This document shows positions 42,777 to 52,008 of a stretch of DNA of 56,788 nucleotides, piece by piece (within the stretch, counting starts at the first letter, position 1; each line of letters begins with the position of its first letter). The position numbers were made by a program, and so were the translations under genes. The stretch is from positions 1 through 56,788 of the forward strand of contig JBCCQQ010000041.1 of NCBI GenBank assembly GCA_039024555.1, written 5' to 3'. The notes beneath the pieces are model-generated. The model ran no database searches and was not told the DNA's origin. It saw only the letters and a program-made list of their open reading frames with translations. The stretch is from Cyanobacteria bacterium P01_D01_bin.156. Lineage in GTDB: Bacteria; Cyanobacteriota; Cyanobacteriia; Phormidesmidales; Phormidesmidaceae.

Positions 42777-42817
42777 AAAAGCTCTTGCATATAGTTTGCT
42801 GTATGCAAGAGCTTTTT
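42777..42817 (-). terminator. Terminator-like hairpin downstream of ggpS
   Basis: aaaagctcttgcata...tatgcaagagctttt. Confidence 0.75.
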
Positions 42818-42909
42818 GAGGCTAAATATTCTATGGCTCAGTGAGTTTAAGTAGAGAACTCACTGAGCCTGGCGAGTTCAAGAAACGAATTACCAATAGC
42901 AGACTCACC

Positions 42910-44421
42910 TTAAACGCCCACTACCTCCTTTGCTTCTGGCTCAATAGCAACGGTAGCCTTTGCTTCCCTAAACAAATGATTGGCCCACTGTTGAACGTCG
43001 TAGCGACAAATGGCCTTGTGCAGCTTTTTCATCCGCTCTGCTTGTTCTGCCGCTGACATGGCCAAGGCTTCATCAATGCGTTCATCCATGCGAGTGGATG
43101 AATAGGGATTGGTTAGTAAGGCATCAGGGAGTTCTACTGCAGAACCTGTAAATTCTGAGAGAATCAGTACTCCCTTTTCTCCGTTGTGCACCGCGACATA
43201 TTCCTTGGCCACTAGGTTGAGGCCGTCCCGCAACGGACAAATCCAGGCAATATCGGCAGCTTTGTAAAGCGCCATCAGGTCATCGTAAGGGAGGGGCTCT
43301 GTAAATAGCTGTACTGGCGTCCAGTTCAGGGTGCCAAACCGACCGTTAATTTGGCCGACCATCTGTTCAATTTGCTCTTGAGCAATGCGATATACCCGCA
43401 TGCCTTTAGCTGCCTTGACCGCAGTCATCATTAAGTTGACTTTGCCAAGCATTTCTGGGCGTCGAGCCAATAACCGCTCATAGCAGGCCAGCATTTCCTT
43501 GGCCCCTTTAACGTAGTCCACGCGGCCTGCAGACATAATCAGCTTGTTGTCACCAATCTCTGCCCGCAGTGCCTGAACCCGCTCTTGAATGGAAGGACGC
43601 ATCACCACATCGTGAATCTTTTGAGGGCTGGTTCCCACTGGAAATGCATCAATGGTGACAATGCGTCCCTTGTACCGCAGCTTAGTAACCATTTCAGGTT
43701 CGGCTAGGGCTGTGCCGGTTTTGGTAAATGCCTCTGGTACGGGAATCCGTTCTACTATCTCTACTTCACGGCAGCTACGGGCTGCAGAGACAAAGTTTTG
43801 CACATAGCGGGGAATGTGGAAGCCGCACAAATCGCAGCAAAGAAGACTGTCAATGATGGCATCACGCCAGTGGAGAATATTGAATACATCCGCTGCTGGG
43901 AAAGGCGTGTGGTGGAAGAAAGCGATCTTCACATGGGGCATCTTCTGGCGGATGTAATAGGGGGTAAGCCAGAGGTTATAGTCGTGGATCCAAATTAAAG
44001 CATCGTCAGCTGCATCTTCACAGGCCGCTTCAGCGAACAGGCGATTAATGTTTTGGAAGTTTTCCCAGTCGGAGCTGTCGTAGGTGAAGTGCTCAGGGAA
44101 GGAATGTAAAATTGGCCAAAAGGCTTCTTTAGATGTGATGTGGTAGAAATTGCGTACCTGCTCCGCATTGAGAGGAATTCGTCTAACCACGCAGCTATCG
44201 CTACCCCCTTCCATGGTGACGCGATCTATAAATCCCTCTTGTTCGGCCTCCGTAATTTGTTTCCAGGCTACCCAAGTGCTCTGATCAGCATTGGCAAAGA
44301 AACTTTTGAGCGTTGGAACAATGCCGTTAGGACTTTTCTTCTCACGGTAATAAATCTTGCCATTTTCATTCACCTCATCATAAGGCTCACGGTGGTATAG
44401 GATTACCAGGGAAGATTTCAT
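42910..44421 (-). CDS. ggpS: Glucosylglycerol-phosphate synthase
   Basis: MKSSLVILYHREPYDEV, KSPNGIVPTLKSFF, WIHDYNLW, PLRDGLNLVAKEY (GT20); AGGAG RBS. Confidence 0.96.
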   Translation of the reverse strand: MKSSLVILYHREPYDEVNENGKIYYREKKSPNGIVPTLKSFFANADQSTWVAWKQITEAEQEGFIDRVTMEGGSDSCVVRRIPLNAEQVRNFYHITSKEAFWPILHSFPEHFTYDSSDWENFQNINRLFAEAACEDAADDALIWIHDYNLWLTPYYIRQKMPHVKIAFFHHTPFPAADVFNILHWRDAIIDSLLCCDLCGFHIPRYVQNFVSAARSCREVEIVERIPVPEAFTKTGTALAEPEMVTKLRYKGRIVTIDAFPVGTSPQKIHDVVMRPSIQERVQALRAEIGDNKLIMSAGRVDYVKGAKEMLACYERLLARRPEMLGKVNLMMTAVKAAKGMRVYRIAQEQIEQMVGQINGRFGTLNWTPVQLFTEPLPYDDLMALYKAADIAWICPLRDGLNLVAKEYVAVHNGEKGVLILSEFTGSAVELPDALLTNPYSSTRMDERIDEALAMSAAEQAERMKKLHKAICRYDVQQWANHLFREAKATVAIEPEAKEVVGV

Positions 44422-44973
44422 GTTGATGTCTCCTGTGAATTTCTTAACGGCGTCTTGTCAAGGGTTTAATTTTCAAACAAAAAGAAAAGCCTAATAAAGA
44501 CAACTCACTAGCCGCGTTGTCTTTACCAAGCCTTAGATAGTTGCATGAATACAATCGGTAGACCGACTTCAGTGGAATCTTAGTTCAGGTGCGTTACAAG
44601 CTAATTACTGAGAGGGAATTACTATCCTCTGGGTAAATTAGTCAAAAAGTGATTGTTGAATCCTACCAATGCAATAGGTGTTTACAGTGAGTTACGTTAT
44701 CGTATTCAGCCCTATTTAGCAATTTTAAAGCCTATTCCAGGTAGGTTTTAGCGGGTGTCTGACGTATCGCTCAGAGGTAAATTAGCAATGTACGAATATA
44801 GGCGTCAGCACAACAGTTATTGTTAATTTTACACTCTGTCTCAAGAGTAAATTCTCTGTTCTGGGCTGATATTTTTTATCCTACTTTTGAGGGATGGGAA
44901 CTCTCAGCGCCTGAGTGATTCTCAGCTACAAAGTGCCTATTGTCCATGCCTCAACTCATTAGCGAGATATCCG

Positions 44974-47484
44974 GTGATTGCAACTGCTCAAAAACGAATT
45001 CAACTGGTCGAAGATGAGACTCAAAGCTTGCTGATATGGGCTGATCATATCCAGCGTTCGGAGGCTACATTCTTTGAGAAAGCTCAGAAGATTGCCCGGC
45101 GATTGGGGGCTCATTATCGCGCTGATCGGCTTACGGAAGTAGGGTTTTGGACGCCGGATTTAACAGGAGATATTATTCAGTCGGAAGATCGAATTACCCT
45201 GGAGATATTTACACCGACTACAAATATTGATTTTCGTCAGGCTGAGCAGCAAGTTTCATTTGAGCGATCGCAAATTCCGTTAGTAAAGCAAGGAGAATTT
45301 GTCTGGGGTGTGATTGAGGGGATGCGGCCTGGTCGTCGCGATCGCAGTGGCTGTTTCTACTGGCTACGCTACATTGATCAGGATGGAAGGGACCATATTA
45401 TTCGAGATCCCTTAGCCTATTCTCTGCCCTACGGTATTTTTGCTCCAGCAGAGTTATATGATATGCGGTTGCTTCAGCGTCAGCGACTAGACCGGGGATA
45501 CTTTCAACGGACTGGGAGTAGTTTTAGTGACACGGATATTCCACGCCTGGAAGCGCCCACCAACATTTTGCAAATCCATGTCAAAACGGCGTCTCCCCAA
45601 GGCACCTTTGAAGGACTGACCGAAATTTATCAGCGCATCTCAGAAAAACTAGCCAGAAGTGAAGAATTAACTTCTCAGGAAGCTGTATATGCAGGCTACG
45701 ACGCCATTCAGCTGTTGCCGGTCGTGCCGACCATTGAGTATCGTCGCGAAGACTTCCATAGTGATTATGAGTTCTTTGCCATCCTACCTGACGCTTTAGA
45801 TGAAGCAGATGCGACAGATCCTCAGTCATCTACTCCGCTTTCCTCAACGACTACCCAGGCTGTTCTTAGAAAACCCGATACCCAAAACTGGGGTTATGAC
45901 GTACCAATTTTAGGGTCAGGTACTACCAATCCATCCGTGCTAGGTAGCCTGCGCCCTGATGAGGTGATTGATTTTATCGCCACTCTCCACAACTTTTCGG
46001 AAGGTCCTATCCAACTAATCTATGACTTGGTTTACGGTCATGCCGATAATCAGGCCCTGGAGATCATGACCCATCAATTTTTTAAGGGTCCCAACATGTA
46101 CGGTCAGGATCTTAATCATCAGTTGCCCCAGGTTCGCGCCATTTTGCTAGAAATGCAGCGCCGCAAAATTAATACAGGAGCTGACGGTATTCGTGTCGAC
46201 GGTGGGCAAGACTTTCGTTTCTTTAATCCCCTGACAGATCGAGTAGAACAGGACGACACGTATCTGCTAGCGATGAGCGATGTGGTACAGGAAATTAGTG
46301 GCTATCGACGACTGATGTTCACCATTTTTGAAGATGGTCGTCCTTGGCCCCAGGAAGGTTGGGAAGAGATTTCTCGATATCGAGAGCTCATTGAGCAAAA
46401 GCCTGAATCCTTCCAGTGGGGACCGCTGATCTTTGCCCACAATACCCCATCGCTTAAAGGCTTTTGGGACCGTAAATGGCGTCGAGTAGGTGAGGTGATT
46501 TATCAAGGAGACCGATGGATTACCGGTTGTGGCAACCACGACACGGTGCGCCGAGGTACCCAAGTCGCGATTGATAAACCCATCAATTGGAATTTGGGCA
46601 AAACGTTACCCGAGGTACTGCATACTGCCTATAACAAGCCCGCCACACAGCTTTGGGTCTGTGGCTTTAGCCCGGGACTCCCGATGGATTTTATCAATGC
46701 CAATGTGGGGGCTCCCTGGGGATTTTTTAGAAATACCGATGAACAGTACGGTGTCAAAGTCGTTTCTGAGGAAATTAGTTTTCTAGACTGGCAAATTGAA
46801 CCAGAAATGTATGACCTCCCAGAGGTATATCCGCAGCTGAAGCAAATGGGATTTAAGGACTTTCAGCAACTGAAGGATTTTGCTAAAACGCTGCAAGAGG
46901 CCATGATTGCTACGGACTATAACTTGCAGGAAGTAGCCACAATCTGTAGTCAGTGTCTAGGCCCTAGCATTGATCACTGCGAATTGCCTGCCCTAACTGA
47001 ACTGAGTGAATCTTCCCTCTCAGGCTTTTTGAACAATTTGGATGTACCCAAGCTGAAAAAGTTTGCTATGGCCTTTATGGAAGATGGCCATGATTTGTGC
47101 AATGTTTCTCGTGCCTATGGCCACATTGATGCTGCTGTTGCCAGATTCCATTTAGCAATCCGTCAGTATCGGCGACAACACCCCTGGCTGTTAGATAATT
47201 TGACGGGGTATGACCGCTTTAATCGCATTAGTAATGACCATTGCACAGTCTTTTATGGGCTACGGACTAATCCCCATGATCCAGGTAATGAGCCGATTAT
47301 GATGGTGGCTCATATGGAGGGTGAACCATTGACTATCCAATTAGCTCAATGGTTAGACCTGGATATGGAGAAATGGCAAGTTGCGATCGCTACTCCAGGC
47401 ATTGATATCGATATCGCTTTGAAGGATCTCAGGAATTTCACTTTGAGAGACGGTCAAGGTATTCTCCTTGAACAGAGGAAATAA
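44974..47484 (+). CDS. gghA: Glucosylglycerol hydrolase (Slr1670-like)
   Basis: GH13-like motifs NWGYD, DLVYGHADNQ, GADGIRVDGGQDF, FEDGRPWP; divergent from ggpS as in Synechocystis; GTG at 44974 preferred. Confidence 0.88.
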   Translation: MIATAQKRIQLVEDETQSLLIWADHIQRSEATFFEKAQKIARRLGAHYRADRLTEVGFWTPDLTGDIIQSEDRITLEIFTPTTNIDFRQAEQQVSFERSQIPLVKQGEFVWGVIEGMRPGRRDRSGCFYWLRYIDQDGRDHIIRDPLAYSLPYGIFAPAELYDMRLLQRQRLDRGYFQRTGSSFSDTDIPRLEAPTNILQIHVKTASPQGTFEGLTEIYQRISEKLARSEELTSQEAVYAGYDAIQLLPVVPTIEYRREDFHSDYEFFAILPDALDEADATDPQSSTPLSSTTTQAVLRKPDTQNWGYDVPILGSGTTNPSVLGSLRPDEVIDFIATLHNFSEGPIQLIYDLVYGHADNQALEIMTHQFFKGPNMYGQDLNHQLPQVRAILLEMQRRKINTGADGIRVDGGQDFRFFNPLTDRVEQDDTYLLAMSDVVQEISGYRRLMFTIFEDGRPWPQEGWEEISRYRELIEQKPESFQWGPLIFAHNTPSLKGFWDRKWRRVGEVIYQGDRWITGCGNHDTVRRGTQVAIDKPINWNLGKTLPEVLHTAYNKPATQLWVCGFSPGLPMDFINANVGAPWGFFRNTDEQYGVKVVSEEISFLDWQIEPEMYDLPEVYPQLKQMGFKDFQQLKDFAKTLQEAMIATDYNLQEVATICSQCLGPSIDHCELPALTELSESSLSGFLNNLDVPKLKKFAMAFMEDGHDLCNVSRAYGHIDAAVARFHLAIRQYRRQHPWLLDNLTGYDRFNRISNDHCTVFYGLRTNPHDPGNEPIMMVAHMEGEPLTIQLAQWLDLDMEKWQVAIATPGIDIDIALKDLRNFTLRDGQGILLEQRK

Positions 47485-47745
47485 CACATTACACATATAA
47501 ATTTCTCACAACACTTTGAAGCTATGGCTGCAAAAGTCTTTTGCTATGGCGTGTGATTTTTCTGCGATAAAGAATTAACACAATTACCCTTTATTCTTTG
47601 TCAGCGAATGATTTGATAGGACATAGAACATTTATTTTTCTGTCTATACATAACTTTTCAAAGTGCTAAGATATATAAAATCAATCTTAAGAAAAGACAG
47701 TATTATCTCCTCGTGGATAAACGCTGTGTTTGAGGAAATTGCCAT

Positions 47746-48030
47746 ATGGAAAAAAAACTCAGAGAACTCGTCGGTCAGACCAGTGTGTGGCTGTACGTGA
47801 AAAGTAGTAACGGTTGGTTTAAGAACGTAGAAATCTTGGATGTCACCCATACAACTATTACATTTCGTTACGAGTCTGAGTCCGAGGTTGAACGTAAGCT
47901 TTGGGAAAAGACCACTCGCATTGATAACATCGCGGAAGTGGAGGTAAGACTGCTGACGGTTCCCAAGGTAGATAAAAAACTTGATGCTATTCGTGGTCAG
48001 CTTTCTAGGCTTCTGGAGCAAGACGACTAA
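47746..48030 (+). CDS. Small conserved hypothetical protein (DUF6679-like, possible Sm-like fold)
   Basis: GAGG RBS; beta-rich sequence VWLYV..WFKNVEILDV..ITFRYE..WEKTTRIDNI. Confidence 0.7.
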   Translation: MEKKLRELVGQTSVWLYVKSSNGWFKNVEILDVTHTTITFRYESESEVERKLWEKTTRIDNIAEVEVRLLTVPKVDKKLDAIRGQLSRLLEQDD

Positions 48031-48168
48031 TCAGTGGGGCAAGGTGACAGCAGCGTCTATCTGCACTTTTGGTGAGAATGCTGCTAGGTATTTTTGTCTG
48101 GTGTTCATTAACTAAGTTCTCACTACGCTGAACTTTCTGAAATCAACTGATGCTCAAAAACTTTGTGT

Positions 48169-48198
48169 AGAGGTGTGCCGCTAGGTGCCCTCTTTTTT
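48169..48198 (+). terminator. Intrinsic terminator
   Basis: agagg-t-gtgcc gcta ggtgc-cctct followed by a T run. Confidence 0.65.
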
Positions 48199-48341
48199 GT
48201 TGCTTTAAAGCTATGTCTTAAAGCCATATGGCTGGCATATGTTAATTTCCCCTAAGACTTCCTTCATTTGTTCTAGCTAAAAAAAATCCACAGCACAACG
48301 CGACACAATGGGTGAAGTTCTGTAGTTAAATCGGTCTTTCC

Positions 48342-48731
48342 ATGGATATCAAAGCCGCGTCTATACGGCTGCTGGTGTCAGATATTGCTACCTGCTGTCG
48401 GTTTTACCGCGATTTGTTAGGTCTTAAGGTGATTGTGGACAGTCCCAGCTATGCCGAATTTGAGGCAGCTGGCCAAACCATTTCCCTCTTTCATCAAGAT
48501 GAAATGGCGTCTATTATCCACACCAGTAATAAGCCTGTGACTGCTGACTGTCAGGATAACGCCCTGATCATTTTCACAATTACCCATTTGGATAGCGTCT
48601 ATGCCACCCTGCGTGGAGCTGGTGTTCACTTTGATGAACCCCCCACTCAGAATAGTGACTTTAATCTTAAAATCGCTTACTGCCGTGATCCAGAAGGGAA
48701 TCTCATTGGTTTGTTTGAGAACCTGATGTGA
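48342..48731 (+). CDS. VOC/glyoxalase family protein
   Basis: IRLLVSD...FYRDLLGL...AYCRDPEGNLIGL. Confidence 0.9.
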   Translation: MDIKAASIRLLVSDIATCCRFYRDLLGLKVIVDSPSYAEFEAAGQTISLFHQDEMASIIHTSNKPVTADCQDNALIIFTITHLDSVYATLRGAGVHFDEPPTQNSDFNLKIAYCRDPEGNLIGLFENLM

Positions 48732-48904
48732 GTGGTAGGAGGTGGATGGTGTTTACCTCACAGATTTACTGACTGAGCCGTGACTGATTGATGGCATGCA
48801 ACGATCTATACGCTCGCTACGTGCCTGGTTATGACCAATAAAATCATCCCGAGGATCAGCAACGCCCCTGACTAAACATTCAAAACTGCTTAGAGGAATC
48901 GTCA

Positions 48905-50392
48905 ATGTCAACGTACATCATGGCCCTAGATCTGGGCACCACTGGCAACCGTGCCATTCTATTTGACCAGGCAGGAGATATTGTAGGGCAAGCCTACCGG
49001 GAACTGACCCAGTATTATCCTCAGCCTGGTTGGGTGGAGCATGATGCGACAGAAATTTGGCAACAGGTGCAATGGGCGATGAAGACTGCCCTGGGTGAAG
49101 CTAATGTAGCTGCCAGCGACCTTGCAGCCATTGGCCTGACGGTACAAAGAGAAACCTGTCTGCTGTGGGATAAGACAACTGGGCAGCCACTACATCGGGC
49201 GATTGTCTGGCAGGACCGGCGTACAGCAGATATGTGTGCAGCGCTGGCGGACCACAAGGCCGATATTTATGAGCGCAGTGGTTTATTTTTGGATGCTTAT
49301 TTTTCGGGTACTAAGCTGCGGTGGTTGTTGGATAAGGTGCAGCCAGCGAGTTTAGATAATGTGCTAGCGGGCACTATCGATACTTGGGCGCTGTGGAATT
49401 TAACCGGTGGTAAAGTTCATGCGACCGATCATAGTAATGCCAGTCGTACTCTGTTGATGAATTTGGCCACCCAGCAGTGGGATGACACATTGCTAAAGAC
49501 ATTTGGAGTGTCGCGATCGCTACTGCCAGAGATCAAGCCCAGTCAAGGAATCTTTGGCTACACCGATCCAAGTCTGCTGGGTGTGGAGATTCCCATTGCT
49601 GCTTTGCTGGGTGATCAGCAGGCAGCGTTGTTTGCCCACGGTTGCGATCGCCCTGGTTTACTAAAATGCACCTATGGTACAGGGGCCTTTTTGGTGAGCC
49701 ATACCGGTAGTGACATTGTGCGTTCTAACAATCAGCTGCTTTCCACCATCGGCTGGACCACTGCCCAAGCAGATGGCAGCTACGCTTTAGGTTACGCCTT
49801 AGAAGGCAGTATGTTTACTGCAGGTGCTTGCATTCAGTGGTTGCGAGATGGTTTACAGATTATTGATAGCGCTGCCGATAGTGAACCCTTAGCGTTGTCC
49901 GTTGAAGATAATGGTGGTGTGTACTTTGTGCCTGCGCTCAGTGGTTTAGGCGCACCCCACTGGGATATGGGGGCTCGAGGCGCGTTTTTAGGCATTACCC
50001 GAGGAGCAACTAAGGCTCATATGGTTCGAGCTGTGCTAGAGGCCATTGCCAATCAGGTGCGCGAAGTTGTTTCTGCGATTAATGATGATAGTGGTACACC
50101 GATTACTACACTCAAAGTAGATGGTGGTGCCTGTCATAACAACTTTTTGATGCAGTATCAAGCAGATGTGTTAGGCATTCCAGTAGAACGTCCGGCAGTG
50201 CTGGATGCTACAGCCCAAGGTTCGGCATTTGCGGCAGGTTTAGCAGTCGGCTTTTGGGATGACTACACTACCTTAGTCAGCAATCGCAAGATCGATAAAA
50301 CCTTTGAACCTAGTAAAGGTAAAGATATTGCTCAAGAAAACTTTGTTACTTGGGAACGAGCAGTAGAGCGAGCTAAATACTGGATTGTTTAG
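48905..50392 (+). CDS. glpK: Glycerol kinase
   Basis: ALDLGTTGNR, QRET, WQDRRT, TDHSNASRT, GDQQAA, KCTYGTG. Confidence 0.98.
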   Translation: MSTYIMALDLGTTGNRAILFDQAGDIVGQAYRELTQYYPQPGWVEHDATEIWQQVQWAMKTALGEANVAASDLAAIGLTVQRETCLLWDKTTGQPLHRAIVWQDRRTADMCAALADHKADIYERSGLFLDAYFSGTKLRWLLDKVQPASLDNVLAGTIDTWALWNLTGGKVHATDHSNASRTLLMNLATQQWDDTLLKTFGVSRSLLPEIKPSQGIFGYTDPSLLGVEIPIAALLGDQQAALFAHGCDRPGLLKCTYGTGAFLVSHTGSDIVRSNNQLLSTIGWTTAQADGSYALGYALEGSMFTAGACIQWLRDGLQIIDSAADSEPLALSVEDNGGVYFVPALSGLGAPHWDMGARGAFLGITRGATKAHMVRAVLEAIANQVREVVSAINDDSGTPITTLKVDGGACHNNFLMQYQADVLGIPVERPAVLDATAQGSAFAAGLAVGFWDDYTTLVSNRKIDKTFEPSKGKDIAQENFVTWERAVERAKYWIV

Positions 50393-50510
50393 AATCACCA
50401 ACAAATGGGACACCCATTTCAGGAAGAACTATTTAAGATCGCATATGGGTAGTATCTACATTGAACTCAGAGGTCACTCTAGGATATTTGATAACTAGTT
50501 AAGATTGCCT

Positions 50511-51842
50511 ATGCCTCGGTTATCCAAACGTGCATTCAAAATTTTGGATGCGGAGATGCGGCGACTTTGCCAGGACGATCCGGTAGCAAATGTGCGCCGT
50601 GACGTGGCTGCAAAGCAGCTTCAACAGTTTTGTAAAACGTCGGGACCACGTCTGACAATCGAAGAATTACGTAAAGTCATCGGCGAACTGTTTCCTGAAT
50701 TTGACGATAAGATTCTGCAAAAAGCTGCTCGGGTTAATCAACCCTCTGCAATGTTATCTGGATTGACACGGGTGGGTCAGGTAACTTTGGGTTTGGGTGC
50801 GATCGCTGGTAGCCTTTGGTTCATAAATCTGCCTTACCCAATGATTCGCTGGCCGATAGCCAGGATAGCCCCTATACTACTGCTGCCGAGCTTCATGCAG
50901 ATGGATCATCACTACCGTCAAGCTCTTATCCATACAGAGCAGGCCGATCAGCTCATCAATAAAGCCACAACTGTACAAGATTTTGAACTGGGTGCCCAAA
51001 AAGCTGATCAAGCTCAACAACATCTTGATCGTTTGCCCGTGTGGTTTCTGGGATATTACCCTCAACGCTACTGTAGTTTGTTCCAATGCGGTTGGAAATT
51101 CACTCTAGATGAATTTGAAGATGCTCGTGCCCTTATCGGTAGAATGGACGCTCAAATTTTTCAAGAACAAAATGCTCTGGCCTTATTGGACAATAGCTCT
51201 AACCAGGTAATTGAATCCCAAAATAAACTTAAAAGTGGCGAGGTAGCTAGCCAAATAGACATTCTGCAAGATTGGCAGCAAGCTATGGATCAGTTACGGG
51301 AAATTCCATCAGAAACGCTGGCCGGTCGCCTCGCCCAAACAAAATTAGTTGCCTACGAACGGGATTATAAAACTGTTGCAAGCCAAACAGCCAATGTAGG
51401 ACAGAGCAATACCCTATTAGCAGCTGCCCAACAATTCGCTAATGCTGCCATCCAAGAAGGACAGAACCCACCCCATAGTGTTGAAAAATGGGATCGTATT
51501 GCCACTCTATGGGAAGATGCCCTAAAAGAACTAGAGCAGATTCGCCCAAATGAACCAGACTATGTGAAAGCTCAAGGACTCAAGGCTGGATATCAAGTCA
51601 ATCTAGGTCAGATTCGGGAGAGACAAAAGTCTCAAGCAATGGCTGTAAAATTAGTCCAGTCAGCAGAAAATGACATTAATAAACTTATTGAAAAATCTGG
51701 CAGTCAGCGTCCAGAAAAAACAATCGCTGACGTAAACCAGATAATTACTACTCTAGAAAGAGTTCCCCCTGGAACAACTGTCACCCAAGACGCCCAATAC
51801 CTGATCCAAAGAGCTAATGCCTACTTGGGCAAAGCTAACTAA
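50511..51842 (+). CDS. Conserved cyanobacterial membrane-anchored helical-repeat protein
   Basis: TM segment near NLPYPMIRWP; repeated WxxAxxxLxxIP modules. Confidence 0.8.
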   Translation: MPRLSKRAFKILDAEMRRLCQDDPVANVRRDVAAKQLQQFCKTSGPRLTIEELRKVIGELFPEFDDKILQKAARVNQPSAMLSGLTRVGQVTLGLGAIAGSLWFINLPYPMIRWPIARIAPILLLPSFMQMDHHYRQALIHTEQADQLINKATTVQDFELGAQKADQAQQHLDRLPVWFLGYYPQRYCSLFQCGWKFTLDEFEDARALIGRMDAQIFQEQNALALLDNSSNQVIESQNKLKSGEVASQIDILQDWQQAMDQLREIPSETLAGRLAQTKLVAYERDYKTVASQTANVGQSNTLLAAAQQFANAAIQEGQNPPHSVEKWDRIATLWEDALKELEQIRPNEPDYVKAQGLKAGYQVNLGQIRERQKSQAMAVKLVQSAENDINKLIEKSGSQRPEKTIADVNQIITTLERVPPGTTVTQDAQYLIQRANAYLGKAN

Positions 51843-51877
51843 CGCCTGATATTAGCAATGCCACTGTCTGTGCATAA

Positions 51878-51913
51878 AGCCATATTTTTTTCACAGGCGA
51901 AAAAAATATGGCT
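51878..51913. terminator. Perfect 15-bp inverted repeat
   Basis: agccatatttttttc acaggc gaaaaaaatatggct. Confidence 0.65.
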
Positions 51914-52008
51914 ACTCATTAGCAATAACCAGTGCTAATGTGAGCACCAACATGGCTTCTTGAGCCTGAGGATACGTGTGGTTAAGCGCTAACAGCAGGA
52001 TTTGAACA

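Larger units (their letters stand above)
4465..50806. repeat. Dispersed HIP1 palindromes GCGATCGC (about 27 copies counted by eye)
   Basis: Examples at 4465, 6760, 7268, 9714, 11739, 15592, 24007, 30473, 33699, 38018, 45338, 50799. Confidence 0.9.

Noticed and set aside
44422..44973. ggpR repressor ORF
   Set aside because: No ORF of 60 aa or more on the ggpS strand and nothing recognisable; a shorter one cannot be excluded.
44887..44973. TTG-initiated N-terminal extension of gghA
   Set aside because: Looks non-conserved; GTG at 44974 gives a more plausible start.
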